64,000 nucleotides of DNA. Source: Lama glama. Its lineage: Eukaryota. The notes under the pieces were generated by a model. That model did not search any database, had not been told where the DNA came from, and was given only the letters and a program-made list of their open reading frames with translations. How positions within the stretch are numbered: the first letter of the stretch is position 1; the number at the start of each line of letters is the position of its first letter. Shown in pieces: positions 35,452 to 47,910 of this stretch. Location of the stretch: the NCBI GenBank assembly GCA_028534125.1, contig CM052822.1, positions 44,268,001 through 44,332,000 of the forward strand, written 5' to 3'. Made by a program: the position numbers and the translations under genes.

Positions 35452-36954
35452 TCCCTCCGTCCTACAGAGACAAGAGGAGCCAGGTACTGGCCCTGTTTGG
35501 TAAAGGAGCCTGATGGGAAGGCAGATCAGAGGCCAGCACACCTCTTCTTGGGACTGGGGGGTGTGTGTCAGGGAAAACCTCACAAATGTTTGAGGGGTAT
35601 GTTGAGAAAAGTAGGAACTTCAAGAGGGGTAGAATTCATCACATGGCAAAAGCGTAATGACCTGGAAAGCTCATTTTATTGTTTCTGACGACAAAGGAGA
35701 GTGATGAGCTCAAAGATGAACTGCAGTTTCACACCCGTGATCACCTTATTGGTAAGTGGCAGAAGCAGGACTGGAATCTTTGTCTGACTTGAAAGGCTAC
35801 ATTTTAAACCCCGCACCACACTACTGCTCTTAACTGAGACATCGCTTTTTCCCAGTTTTACCAGCTACATCCAGATCTTGGGTCTCAGACCACAGAGCCT
35901 GCTGCACCTCACAGTGATCGTGACGAAACTGACTGGACTCTAAATTCAACATGTTGTCATTTTCCGTCTTACACCCCTGGGGGTGACAAGATAGCAGAGG
36001 TGTCTTTCTTTCTTAAGGAACTAAACTAGAATGAAAGGAGATTCAAGATGACTTAACAAGGAAGCCTGGCTCTCTCCTCACAGGACTTCTCTGCCTTGTT
36101 GCCTGGGAGCAGCTCTGCCCAGTGACGGGTTCCATGCTTCCCACCCTCCGCTGCTGCCCGGAGAGAGCCCTTCTCTGAATTGAGCTGCTGAACGTTCCAG
36201 ACTGCTTCTGGGAGAAGTGTGTTCTGATGAGTGGAGAAAGTAGAACAAACCACATTTGGAGTGTAGCTGCTAAAAGGCCATCCATCCATCTATTCATATG
36301 TTTGTTCATAATCTTTTTGGATTCTCAGATTTTCCATTTAACTGCTAGGAAGCTTGCATGTCACTGCCGCAATGGGGACTCCGCTCCGTCTCCAACCTAT
36401 AAATAAAAGCAGAGCTCCATTCCCTGCCAATATGCTGCCTGGGACACCAGCCAGGTGCCGGGGGCAGGCATGTTATTAGATGCTCCATAAATATTTGTTG
36501 AATCTTGAATAAATTCACCCCCTGAAACCTACTCAGAGGTGGTGAATAGACAGAGAGGAGTGAGAAAAAGTACCCTTCTCTTCTCCTGGGAGATTGATTT
36601 GGTTGTATTAGAAACAGAAATGCAAATTAGCATGTCCTCAGAACTGGCTGGAAATCTGTCCATTAATCCAAATAAAATTTAACATATTCCATAGCTCTTC
36701 TTATCCTTGGGTTAGGTTTTTAGGGGTTTGAAAATACTGTATCTAGAAAACTGAAAGCTAGAAAAACTCCAAAGTGATCTAAGATCAATCTGAACAAGGA
36801 GATAAGCTCTTGACCCTCATGGGGTGCATGTGAGAAATGCCGGATCATCCCCGTATATACTGTCGTAAGGGAAAACAGTCCTACGGCAATGCAGAGGAGG
36901 AACATGATTTTGACCAGAGGTGGTGAGGGAAGTGTTTATGTAGGGAGTGGGCAT

Positions 36955-37560
36955 CATTAATTCATTCTTTTTTTTTTTTTAATATTTCTGGGCATCACCC
37001 TAGCTAAGCACTGATATTGGGACGAGCGAGATTTGGTTCTCTGGAGCTCATGATACTAGAAGAGCAGACTCAGCCAGGACTTAGGGCTCCGGTTCTAGTT
37101 AGTGCTGCTGTGTGTGACGTGCGGTGGGGGGAGGGGGAGGGGGGAGGGCCTGACTGAGCCAGCTAGACCAGAGGGGACGCCTTCCGGAGGAAGTGTCTCT
37201 GGAACTGGACCTTGAAGAATGAGTTCGACAAAGACGGTGAAAGATAATTCCAGGCAGAAGGAACAGCATAAAAGGGCTTTGGAAAGAGGGGGATTTGGTT
37301 TAGCTGCAGTGAGAGCTCAGAGACGAGGCCATAACAACTGGAAGGGTAGATCCCACAGGGCTGCGCAGACTTTCCTGAAGGAACCACCAGCCAGAGGCAG
37401 GAGCAGGGGGCGCTACGAAGACACTTGATGTGAATAAAAACTAATGAGGGGCAACTCAGCTTTAACAGTGGAAAGAAATGAGACCGAGGAGAGACCTATG
37501 GATATTCTAGGCTCAGTAAGAGTCGGAGGAGGAATTTTCCACGCGTTCGTGGGTGCAGTG
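36955..37560 (-). mobile_element. L2 fragments
   Basis: ATTCATTC tail, TGGAGCTCA, CTTCCGGAGGAAGTG...GACCTTGAAGAATGAG...TTCCAGGCAGAAGGAACAGCAT. Confidence 0.7.
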
Positions 37561-38626
37561 AGTAGACTGCGGTAGCTGGAAGCAGTCATGACTAATGCTG
37601 GATGCCAAGGGCTAGGAAGGGGTTGAGATTTTTCCTTGTTGCACACTGATGAGTTAGCCTGCCACAGTGCGAGGATGCTGACACAGGACCAGTGGCTCCT
37701 GAGTCGGGGACCAAGGACTCCCTTACTTGTAGCCATAGCAGGATCCAGAGGTCAGTGGGGTCATGTCAGTTTCCTAAGCTCCAAGGCCCACAGGGGCCGG
37801 GCAGAGGGTCTAGACGGATGCCCCTCACATGGTAGGTTATACACAGGAAAGGAACTCTGGGCCTGGGAGCCACCACCATACAGCAGCCTGCTCTTTGTCC
37901 AAAAGAGGCATTATCTCATCCCTCAGGGGTGCTTCGGGCAGACACAGCCTGGAGAGACAGGCTGGGACCAGCTAAAGAGAGATCTAGGCCTTGGCAGGAG
38001 ACCCCTAGACAAGAGTCTCTCAACACTGCAAAGGATGTTTTGTGTTAAATGCGAAAGGGCCATGGATCCAAGATAAGCAATTTGGAATTTATCCTGTAGG
38101 CAAAGGAAAACTGCTGGAACTTTCTGGAGTAAGGAAGGACTGTTAAATTGAGGGGAGGTGTTAATCTGGAAACGGGTGTAAGGCTGGGGCAGATTAAAGA
38201 TACCCACATGTTCCTGGGCATTTCTTGCCAGGAGAGGTAAGGTCTTTTTCGCCCTCCCCTTGATGCTGAACAGATCCTATGACGGATTTAGTGGGAGTAA
38301 CACCTGAGCTTGGAAACTGGCAGCTTCCATCTCCTCAAGGGTCTTGAGCACTCTTCTCCAGGAGCCCTGAGCCATGTAGGAAGACAGACTACATCTGGGC
38401 ACTCCACCTTCCAGCCAGCCCGACCACAATGGCGGACAGACCTGTGGGTGAAGCTGTCTTAGACCTCCCCAGACCAGCCTATCTGCCAAGCGGTGAAGCC
38501 CTGCATGACCAAAGTGGACCCCACATAAGAGCAGAACAGTCACCCAGCTGAGCCCGGCTCAAATGCAAACACAATCTTAAGATGTAACAAAATGGTTGTT
38601 GTTTGAAAACACTGAATTTTACAGTC

Positions 38627-39105
38627 CAGGCATACCTTGCTTTGTTGCCTTTTGCTTTATCGTGCTTCGTGGATACTGTGTTTTTTACAAATTGAAGGTT
38701 TGTGGCAACCTGGCATAGAGCAAGTCTGTCGGTGCCATTTTCCCAACAGCACTTGCTCATTTTGTGCCTGTCACATTTTGGTAATTCTCACAATATTTCA
38801 AACTTTTCCATCATTATGGTGCTGAGATCAGTGATCTTTGAGGTTACTATTGCAAAAAGATTACAACTCACCGAGGGCNNNNNNNNNNNNNNNNNNNNNN
38901 NNNNNNNNNNNNNNNNNNNNNNNNNNNNNNNNNNNNNNNNNNNNNNNNNNNNNNNNNNNNNNNNNNNNNNNNNNNNNNNNNNNNNNNNNNNNNNNNNNNN
39001 NNNNNNNNNNNNNNNACAAAAAATGGGCGTGACTCACTTTATTGCAATATTCTCCTCACTGTGGTGGTCTGGAACCAGACCCGCAGCATCCCTGAGGTAC
39101 GCCTG
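38627..39105 (+). mobile_element. Internally deleted Tigger1 (Tigger1a_Art-like) DNA transposon
   Basis: Terminal inverted repeats CAGGCATACCT / AGGTACGCCTG; TTTTTTACAAATTGAAGGTTTGTGGCAACC; GGTGGTCTGGAACC. Contains a gap. Confidence 0.9.
38879..39015. other. Assembly gap
   Basis: Run of N. Confidence 1.
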
Positions 39106-39329
39106 GAGCCGCTATGCTGCAGGAGAGACTAGAGGCAAGGAGTCCAAAGAAGAGTCTATACTAAATCAGGGAGGAGATAAGCAGGCCTTGCCTTAGAAAA
39201 CCAATGGAAGCAAGAGTCCTTCAAAGGGCAAAACGGAGGTGCTTTCTCGGATAAATGTCAAAACCTTCAGAAGAACCGCCTCAGAGTACTGACTGCTCCC
39301 CCAATGTGGGTGCAACGCACACAGCCGTG

Positions 39330-39655
39330 TGCTTCTCCTGGAAACCCAGTCCATCACCTTCTCGCCAGCTTCATCTTGTAAGACTTAGATTAAGAGTCAG
39401 CTCCTTTGGTGCAGTCTTTTCCTGGAAGAGTATTAATTTGTATCCTCTTTCTTCCCAGACTCCCCAGGTGTGCCTCTCGTGCGGGACTTGCCAGCTGCTC
39501 AGTGTGGGCGTCTCCCCTGTGGACTGGGGGCTCCTTCAGGTCAGAACGTGTGTCCTTTCATTTCCATGTCCTCAGGCGCCAGCTTCCAGTCTCAAAGCCT
39601 GGGTGTTCGAGGCGCATTGTAGATGATCAACAAATGATTTGCAAAAGGAATGTTG
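39330..39655 (+). mobile_element. L2 3' fragment
   Basis: TCTCCCCTGTGGACTGGGGGCTCCTTCAGGTCAG...GTAGATGATCAACAAATG. Confidence 0.55.
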
Positions 39656-39744
39656 GTTGTGTTCCTAGAATAGAATGCAAAGTTTGGTGGTTCTCTTGTT
39701 GCTTGTTCAAGGCAAAATTTTTTGTTTCTGGACACTGTTTTCGT

Positions 39745-39875
39745 GTGAAAAATACTGATGTCTGGGTCCCAGTTTCGGACATCTGATACAATTGGTCTGC
39801 ATTGCAGCTTAGGCATTAAGAGTTTTAAAAGTTCCCCAGATGATTCTAGCATGCAGTCAGGGCTGAGACCATGAC
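39745..39875. mobile_element. MER5A hAT-Charlie MITE
   Basis: AATACTGATGTCTGGGTCCC...AAAAGTTCCCCAGATGATTCTAGCATGCAGTCAGGGCTGAGA. Confidence 0.8.
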
Positions 39876-40289
39876 TGTGATCTAATCTCCATTCCCGAAT
39901 TTGCTCTTCCATTTCTTAATCTCTCCTCTTACCAGGACAAACTGTGTGCTCTTTATTAAACCAACTGGGGTACAGCCTGCCCCAGTGGCCAAGGTCCAGA
40001 GTGAAATACATGCAAGAACCTAAGGATAAAGACTCCAAGAGTGAGGGTGTGTACACGTGTGTACACATTCATGCACCTGCGTAACAGCTGTGGGCACATA
40101 TGTATTTTTGAGTCTCATTTTTCTCATCTGGAAAATCAGGCTTTTATCCTAATTTCTAGGGTTCCCTTAATTCAAAAATGGTCCAATTTCAACAGGCAAA
40201 TGTCCTGGGAGAGGCCACATCACAGAGTCAGGAGCCTGCAGGGATGAGGGGAATTCATTCATTTGTCTGAAGCAGAGACAAGGCTTGGC

Positions 40290-40690
40290 ACTACGTTTGG
40301 GGTCATGCCTGGGAGGCCCTGAATGCCAGGCTGATGTGCGTGTGGTTACTGTGGCCGGTGATGGGGTGGGGGGAGGGGTTGGGAAAAGCCTTACAGGGAA
40401 TAGACATGATTGGAGCTGGGTTTTCAAGATGACTTTGGTGGGGCTGTGCACATGGCTGGGAGGGAAAGCGATGAGACGGGAGGAGAGACCCAGTAGGAGA
40501 GGCCAGTCCAGCTCTAAATGGGAAGGGAAGGGGCCTGAGCTGCTGGGGACCATGGGGAAGAGAGAAAGGACAGAGGATGTGGTGGCTGCAAGGGCCCAGG
40601 TGGCAGGACTTGGCCACGCTTGGCTGGGAGGAAAGAGGGTGCAGCGAGAGTTAAAGTGACTGCAGCTTTGGAGCCTTGGGAAGGTTGTAT
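40290..40690 (-). mobile_element. L2 fragment
   Basis: GGCCCTGAATGCCAGGCTGA...GACATGATTGGAGCTGGGTTTT...GGAGACCCAGTAGGAG. Confidence 0.65.
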
Positions 40691-41059
40691 GAGGCCTCTG
40701 TTCATCTGCAAGGATCCCATCCCCACAGATGACTCTGGACGCAGTGCCCTGTGCTCAGGCTCTTGGAGGCCTCCTGGCTAAGGGATGTTGGGATCCACAG
40801 GCAGGCCTTTGAGGGCTCACCCAGCCTGGCACCAGCTTTTCCTTCTAGCTTAGGTCCCACGATCTCCAGCACTGAATACCTTCTGCTCCCCACACACAAC
40901 CTTGCTGGCACCTTCCCACCGCCAGGCCTGGCTCATGCTGAGCTCCTGGATTTGCCTCTGCCACGACCACCTCTATCTGGATAAGCCCCGAGTTACCACG
41001 CAAGACCCCTCTCAAAATCTGCCTGTGGAAACAGGCCTGGCAGCCTTAGCAGACAGCGT

Positions 41060-41305
41060 GGCTGGGAGTAAGACTGGTAAAGTAATCCAGATCTGAGCTC
41101 AACTCCCAGCACTGGCCCTGTCTGTGTGAACTTGGGCAACTGACTTAGCCTCTCTGAGCCTCAGTTTCCTTATATACAAAATGTATTTTTTTAATAAGGC
41201 TTTTCAGAGGATTAAGTGAGGTTATAGGTATAAAATGCATATTTATAAAAGGCCAGGCACAAGTGTTCAGTGAGCGCTCAGCCAATGTTAACTGCTAGAA
41301 TTACT
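41060..41305 (+). mobile_element. MIR
   Basis: CTGTGTGAACTTGGGCAACTGACTTAGCCTCTCTGAGCCTCAGTTTCCT...GAGGATTAAGTGAG. Confidence 0.85.
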
Positions 41306-41309
41306 TCTC

Positions 41310-41314
<5 letters not shown>

Positions 41315-41348
<34 letters not shown>
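41315..41348. repeat. (CA)n microsatellite
   Basis: About 16 perfect CA units. Confidence 0.95.
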
Positions 41349-41349
<1 letters not shown>

Positions 41350-42359
41350 CAGCATTTCAGGGCCTCTTTTGTGATTTGAAAACCTCCAATTGGACAGTGC
41401 AGTGGGCCAGGGGGCACATCCCCCAGGAGCTGTGGCTTTGGGCTGCTGAGGGCTCGAAGCTGCCTCCTTTCCTTAGCCCAACAGGAACCGCCTCACCCAG
41501 GGGCACTGTCCCCCTTCCAAAGCCCAGCTAATGACTGACTGGGACAGGTATAGAAGTCTGGCCTCTTTGTCTTGTGGTGAAGTCAACTCTGCGCTGCAAT
41601 TCTCCCTCCAGAATGATCTATGGGAAGGCTGAAGCCACACACCAGCTAAGGCCACACCCCAGCCTTACCCTCCCTCCCTCCCTCCCATTGCCTTAAGAGC
41701 ATCTCTGCAATAGATCAAGTGCCCTGAATCCCTGCCCCAGGCTCTTGGGCACATGGTCCACGACAGATACTCTGCTTAGTTCTCCGTCCAGGCTTCCCCT
41801 CAGACATGATCAAGTCTGGGACCTATGCTGTGGGCCCAAGAAGGCCACCCTTGTGCCCAGCCCAGGCCCCGGATCTCTAGCATGGGAAGGGGAACCTGAT
41901 TCCTGCTGGAACAACAGAGGCGTTTAGATAACACTCAAACCACAAAGCACCCCAACCCCCATCTGACTTCTCCAGGTCGTATCTGTACGTCGCTCAGGAC
42001 CCTCTCTGCCCTGTGGAGCTGCTGCTCTGTGCTTGACTTTTCCCTCTGCCTTCCTGCTGGGCCATGAGCATTCATGGGGCAGGAACTGCAGCTGAGTGGT
42101 TTCTGCAACCCCAGCCCGCCACATGGGCCTGCGCACAGTAGGTGTTCAGGAAACTGCGTCTAATGAACTGTATTTACTTGGAATGAAAAACAGTTACAGC
42201 CAGGATCACCGGAGAACACATAATAATGGCCAATGTGAAGGGTTCTACAGGGACCCCCAGGGAGAAGGGGCTGCCTGGTAAGATGGAAGACCCCAAAGCC
42301 GTCCGTCATGGGGCGAAGGCATGATGCTGTGTGGGCTCTGTAGACATGCATTTGGGTCT

Positions 42360-42515
42360 TAAAACCTTCCTTGGTACATCTTACTCTCTCTGTTTTACTG
42401 ATGAGGTCGCTGAGGCTCAGAAAAAGTAAAGTAACTTGACCAACATAAAATGTGAGAAAGGGGTAGAGTCGGATTTCAAGCCCTTGCCTGGCTGTACTCT
42501 TTCCACTATTACGGC
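42360..42515 (-). mobile_element. MIR
   Basis: TTTTACTGATGAGGTCGCTGAGGCTCAGAAA...AAGTAACTTG. Confidence 0.7.
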
Positions 42516-43979
42516 GTCTGAAATAACATCCTAAGAGTCTGGACTTGCCTTTCCGGGAATCTGCATCCCTACTGACGCTGAGCTGGGAAGGCCTGGCTGG
42601 CTGCGGTGTTGGAGGTGGAGGAGTTTGGATATGAATCCCCTCTTACTGGGGGATGACAGAGTCGGGGGTGTCACGGCACAGCTCTGAGGAGTCAGGTGAC
42701 AGAGGTGGGGCTGATGCTGTGGGCTGCCCAGCAAACGGAGACGCCAGGCTGGACGCCCTCTGCACTCAGACCTTCTGGCTCTGGGCAGGCAGGAGCCGCG
42801 GGCACTGAGCTGTGTGACTCTCCCGGGGCTCCGTTTCTCATCAGTCAAGGAAGCGGGCTGGCTGGACGTTTCTTCCAGCTCCGAGTCCCTGATTCTCCAT
42901 CAGTGAAAGGTCTGAGGTTTCCCATCCCTCTTTGCTCCTCTCTGTGTAAATCCTGGGCTGCCGACCAGTGATCCCAGTCCTGCGGCCCAGCCAAGGCGAC
43001 AGAAAGCCTGACTTTCACAGCCCTGAAAAGAGCTGACAGGCTGTTCTCTGGGCTCCCCTCTGCAGGGAGCATTGGCGGAGCTGGAAGAGGAGACTGGCAT
43101 GGGAGACTTCTCGAACTGGTCCACAAAGGACCTCTTCTCTTTCCCAGGCATGATGACAAATACTGCTGCTCCCCCTGGCTGTAAGGGTCGGGGGGGTGTG
43201 GACAAGGTTCCCATGCCTGGGCTCTTAGGAAAATCGCAAGCAAAGGGAAAAATGCGCATGGGCTTTTGGCTGTGCTTCCTGACTCGATGCCAGATAACCA
43301 CTGGGTTCAAAATTACATCACTATTGACTATCTGAGTAATTTCTCTGTTTGACCTGTCTCGGAAGAATAGCTACCTTGGCAACAGATTGTTATCAGTTCC
43401 TTAATGATTTGTGCTGAGGAACAGTTTCCTTTGTGCTGAAAACTGGTGGCCTGAAAGCTGGGTCTGGCAGCCTCCCCCTCCCAGGTCCCTGAGTGGATCG
43501 CACAGTATTGAGAAATGGAGCTGGGCTTGGCAGCCTACTTTGTCTGTTAAGCAGCAAGGGCCAGGCCAGTGGTGCTGGAATTCCCAATGCCACACCCCCT
43601 CCCCCCGCCCCAGCAGTAGACTCGGCTGAGCCTCTGGGATGCTCAGTCTCTACCCACTGAAGGCTGCCCAGCGCTGCAGGAGGGTCTGATATGACACCCA
43701 GGCTGGCCCCACGTGCTGGCCCAGGGGTCCTGCAGAGGCCACTGGGGCTCTGTTTCTGATACTCCCACTCTCCCTTGCTTCCTGCCATGCCCATCTCTTG
43801 GCTCACCGGATGCCCTGTGTTGGCCTCTGTGCTTCATATGAATTTAGAAAGCAGGCTGGATTACCCAGGAAGGATCTAAAACAGAACTCCTAGGAGATTC
43901 AAAACAAAACAGTTTGTAGAGAAAGGTGCTGTGTGGGTTTTAATGGCCCTGCAGAGTTGCAGAAGGTGGAAGGGAAATT

Positions 43980-44085
43980 GGCGGTGAGGAAATGATCCTC
44001 AGAAAGTTGAAATGACTTGCCCAAAACAATACAGATGCTAAGTGGTGAGGCTGGAGTTTGTACCTAAGTCTGTGCCTCACTGAAT
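43980..44085 (-). mobile_element. MIR fragment
   Basis: TGAGGAAATGA...TGACTTGCCCAA...CTAAGTGGTGAGGCTGGAGTTTG. Confidence 0.6.
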
Positions 44086-45269
44086 CCTGCAGGAAGTGGG
44101 CTGTCTCCATAATAGCTAGTAGAGCCCAGAATGTGCCTTTATAAAAAAAAAATAGCAACTACTCCCACACCTTTGATCATGCAAGGGATCACAAGTGCTG
44201 TGGAATGGATGAGTGATGATGTTTGGCCACATATTGTGCGTCTGGGGCCCTCTCACTACACATAAGCTCAGAGGGACAGGGCTGCCCTTCTCTCTTCTCT
44301 TGACTTTGATCTTGGGTTTCAGAGAGGGAAAAGCTTCCCAGCTCCAGCAGACCTTCCTAAAGGCTCTCAAATGCTTCCCGCAGGTGGCAGAAAAGGCTGC
44401 CCCCGCCAGCTTCCCCATCACCTCTCTTTGGTGGACAAAAGGAGGTTATATTCAACCCTCTAAGTCCAGGAAGAGAAGGCAAAGGGGACTGGAATTATTG
44501 GAGGCCAGCTATTTGGCGGGAGGGACTACAGTTTACATATATAATTTCATTTCTAATTTACCATGACTCTACAGGTAGTTACTATCATACCCATTTTGCA
44601 GATCAGAACACCGAGGTTCAGGGAAGGCAAAGAATGTGGATTAATAGAATTAAGTTTTTATTGTTTATAGCAGACACTGAAATGTTTTTTAGAGAGGGAA
44701 TGTCTTTATTTGCTTAGATAGCTTTATAAACACCTTAGGGGTAATAAGGCCAGAAGGGGAGGAGTGTCAGCTAGGAGAACAGAGCAGAAGCTTGGCTGCC
44801 CGCTGTAGGGTAAGGGGCAGGCAGCAGAGAGGAGAGGAGGGGAAGCCGGTCAGCAAGATGCTGAGCCAGCCTGAGGCTAAAGGACTCCAAGTGCCCGGGG
44901 GAGATCTCCGGTTGTCAGTGGTCATGTGCTCCCTATGCCCGCTTGAAACTCTGATAATTGTTTTCACGGGTAGAGTTTGTTTGCAGAGGCTACAGAAAAG
45001 GGTTATTTCCTTGTCTGCTTCCATGTGGTGAGGAGCAGGTTCAGCCTGTGTAGAACCAGGACCCCAGACCCAAGGTGGCCCTGAGAATGGGAGATTGAAG
45101 CCCCTTCGCGCGCAGAACTGGCGTCGGCAGGAAGCCTGGAGAGAAGCTGCCCTTCTCGAGGGGATAGAAGAGCTCTTAACAGACCTCAGGGCAGTGGTGT
45201 GCTGGAGCGGGCCCCCCTGGCAGAGCCGATGCCACAATCCCTTCCCAGAACCCCATTGAGTGACACTAT

Positions 45270-45389
45270 CTCAGCTGCAAATCTGCGTGGCGTGGGTATT
45301 TCTACCATGGAAAATAGCACATGCTACAAATCAAGGCTTTTTTTTTTTTTTGATAGTCAATTGCTGAGCATTTACCAGAACACCTCTGC
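45270..45389. mobile_element. MER63-like hAT-Blackjack fragment
   Basis: TGCTACAAATCAAGGCTT...CATTTACCAGAACACCTCTG terminus. Confidence 0.6.
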
Positions 45390-45944
45390 CGCAGAGGGTG
45401 GAGAGATCTTTTGACATCCATTTACGCTCCCTCGCTAGGCTGCTGATCACATGTTGAAGGAACATCAAAGGTTGCAGTTTCCAAAGGGAAGATTTGTGAA
45501 CCGTCTCCATTTCTGGTTGAGTTATGGGGAGCACTGGCCAGAATGGGGAGACAGAGTGAGAGTTTGTAGGTTTAAAAAAGAAGAGTAAGGGGGAAAACTC
45601 CAAATAATTAATTGCTTTTCACATGAGACTGGGCCTGAGGTATGCAGAGGGGGCTGAGAGAGAAGTATCTTCAAAATGACTTCGGGCCAGTGAATGGCCT
45701 GGGGAGATGGTGCCCTGAGAGCCACAGAGGGTTGGTTTCTGTTCCTTGGTGCTTATCTTCCTGGCCTGGTCTAGCTGAGAAAGAATGAGACATACACAAT
45801 GCCAAGGTCACGCGCTAGAAAGTCTGGGCAGAGTTCTGGGGTCTTTACAATGACTCAAATCAACTATTTCAAAGCTCTCTCTGCTTAGACCTTTAATGAA
45901 GGTGTTGCTTGGAAAGTTTCACCTTATTTCCCTGCTTTTAAAAA

Positions 45945-46781
45945 CTGTTTTATTTTGAAATAATTACATGCTTACAGAAATGTTGCCAAAAATTTAAAGA
46001 AAGCTTATACATACCCTTTACCCAGCTTTCTCTACTGTTAACGATTTGGATAACAATCTCAGAATGATCAAAGCCAGGACATTAGCATTAGTACAATGCT
46101 ATTAACTAAACAACAATGTTTATTTTAACTTTACCAGTTTTTGCCCTAATATCCTTTTTCGGTTCCGGGATCCAATTTGCTGTCCCACACTGCATTGGAT
46201 TGTTGCATCTTCTTGGTCTCTTCCAATCTGTGATAATTCCTCCGTCTTTGTCTTTAAAATCTTGCCACTTTAAAAGGACACTGGTCAGTTACTTTATAGA
46301 ATGTGTCTTGATTTGGGTTATCTAATGCTTTCACATGATTAGATCGTGGCTGTGAACTTTCGGCAGGAATACCACAGAGGCGATGCGCTCTCAGTGCGTC
46401 ACCTCCGGGGGCACATGCTGTCAGTATGTCTTGTTACTGGCTGTATTTATCTTCATCACTTGATTAAGGTGGTGTCAGCCGGGCATCTCCACTATAAAGT
46501 TATTATTTTCGCCTTGCAATTGATAAATACCTTGAGGAGGCTACTGTGAAACTGTGCAAACTTCCACCTCCTGATTTTAGGATCTAAACAGTGGACGTTT
46601 CCTGCAATAATTCTCACAGTTGTGTTTGCCTGCTAATGGTTTTGTATTTCCCTCATTCTTTCTTCTTTTATTAACTGGAATGCCTCTGTAATAAGGAGAT
46701 GTCTCTTTTCCTCTCATTCAGTTATTTATTTATTCAATTATTTATTTATATCAGTATGGGATTGTGGACATTTATTTTATT
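45945..46781 (-). mobile_element. LINE-1 (L1MC-like) 3'UTR running into a gap
   Basis: TTTTATTTTGAAATAATT...TACCCTTTACCCAG...TCACTTGATTAAGGTGGTGTC...TATCAGTATGG; colinear with 29530-29975. Confidence 0.85.
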
Positions 46782-46928
46782 NNNNNNNNNNNNNNNNNNN
46801 NNNNNNNNNNNNNNNNNNNNNNNNNNNNNNNNNNNNNNNNNNNNNNNNNNNNNNNNNNNNNNNNNNNNNNNNNNNNNNNNNNNNNNNNNNNNNNNNNNNN
46901 NNNNNNNNNNNNNNNNNNNNNNNNNNNN
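46782..46928. other. Assembly gap
   Basis: Run of N. Confidence 1.
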
Positions 46929-47499
46929 AGAGTTTGGCTAACAATTAGGACCTATGCATTCACTCACTCATTCCTTCATGTGTTCATTCAACAAGCATTT
47001 ATTAAGCATCTGGCAGAATCGAGATTGTCAAAGATGAAAGCAAACGGGAAGTATGAATGACCTCTGTCTTTAAAGGAGAGAATATTCTGGCATCTCTGGA
47101 TTTCACGTTGAGAAATCAGGCCTTTGTCCCAGACTACAAGGAAACTTGAGTACAACAACGTAGCCTGACAGAGGGTGTGATATGCAGAAATGTGTTCACA
47201 GCACAGGCTCCCGGGCAGCAGGTTTAAAGAAACAGTGGCCCAAACTTGAGTTTCGCAGCCTCCCCGTGAACTTCTCACTCCCCTAGTTTTTGTATGAAAT
47301 CAGTCCCATCTCTGGGCTTCAAAAAAAACCTTTGCCCTTGTCAAATTTGTCCCAGTCATGGTTATGTAATGGGATGGAGAAATTCTATTCCTCACACTTC
47401 CTTTTGGAGAAAATACTACACTGTTTGGAGAGAAATTGTTTGCTTGGCCTCTTGGGAGGGAGAGAAGGCCCCGAGGGCATGGTCAAGCCTGAGGATTGT

Positions 47500-47910
47500 G
47501 GCTGAAGCCACAGGGACCAGAAGAGGTCTGTGCACCCCCCCCCCGAGGCGGCGGGGCAGGCAGTGAGGGAAGGAGGGCGTGTGGGAGTCGGCTCCTGCCC
47601 CGCACGGTTTCACGGCCACTAAAGTGGTTAACCTTAGGCGGTGCTTGGTGCAAGTGGGTTTTTAATTTTACGGGGGGAGCAAGGGAAGGGACTGAGCTTT
47701 GCACTCCATGATGTGGGCAAAACAGAGACAGGACAGACCCCGAGCTGGAGGGGCAGGGAGGCCTCACTGAGTTTGGAGTACTGTTCTCCACGCCCCCCCC
47801 CCCCGCCTTCCTGTTAGTACCTCTGAAAGCCATGTAAGGCCCCAAGAGCTGGGGCTGCGGAGAGATGTTTAGACACGCCTGGCTTCCTGGGGCCAGTTGT
47901 GGTGGCCGTA
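47500..47910. promoter_or_regulatory. CpG-enriched GC-rich segment, candidate enhancer or weak promoter
   Basis: About 16 CpG in ~400 bp; KLF/SP-like CCACGCCCCC and GGCGGGG; no recognisable repeat. Confidence 0.35.

Larger units (their letters stand above)
38178..39135 (+). mobile_element. MaLR LTR (MLT1G/H-like) interrupted by Tigger1
   Basis: CAGATTAAAGAT...ACTGGCAGCTTCC...CACCCAGCTGAGCCC...AAAATGGTTGTTGTTT. Terminal part resumes after 39105. Confidence 0.7.

Noticed and set aside
42900-43200. Minus-strand exon candidate (acceptor CCCTTACAG, peptide PGGAAVFVIMPGKEKRSFVDQFEK)
   Set aside because: No convincing donor at exon-like distance, and the peptide is not recognised.
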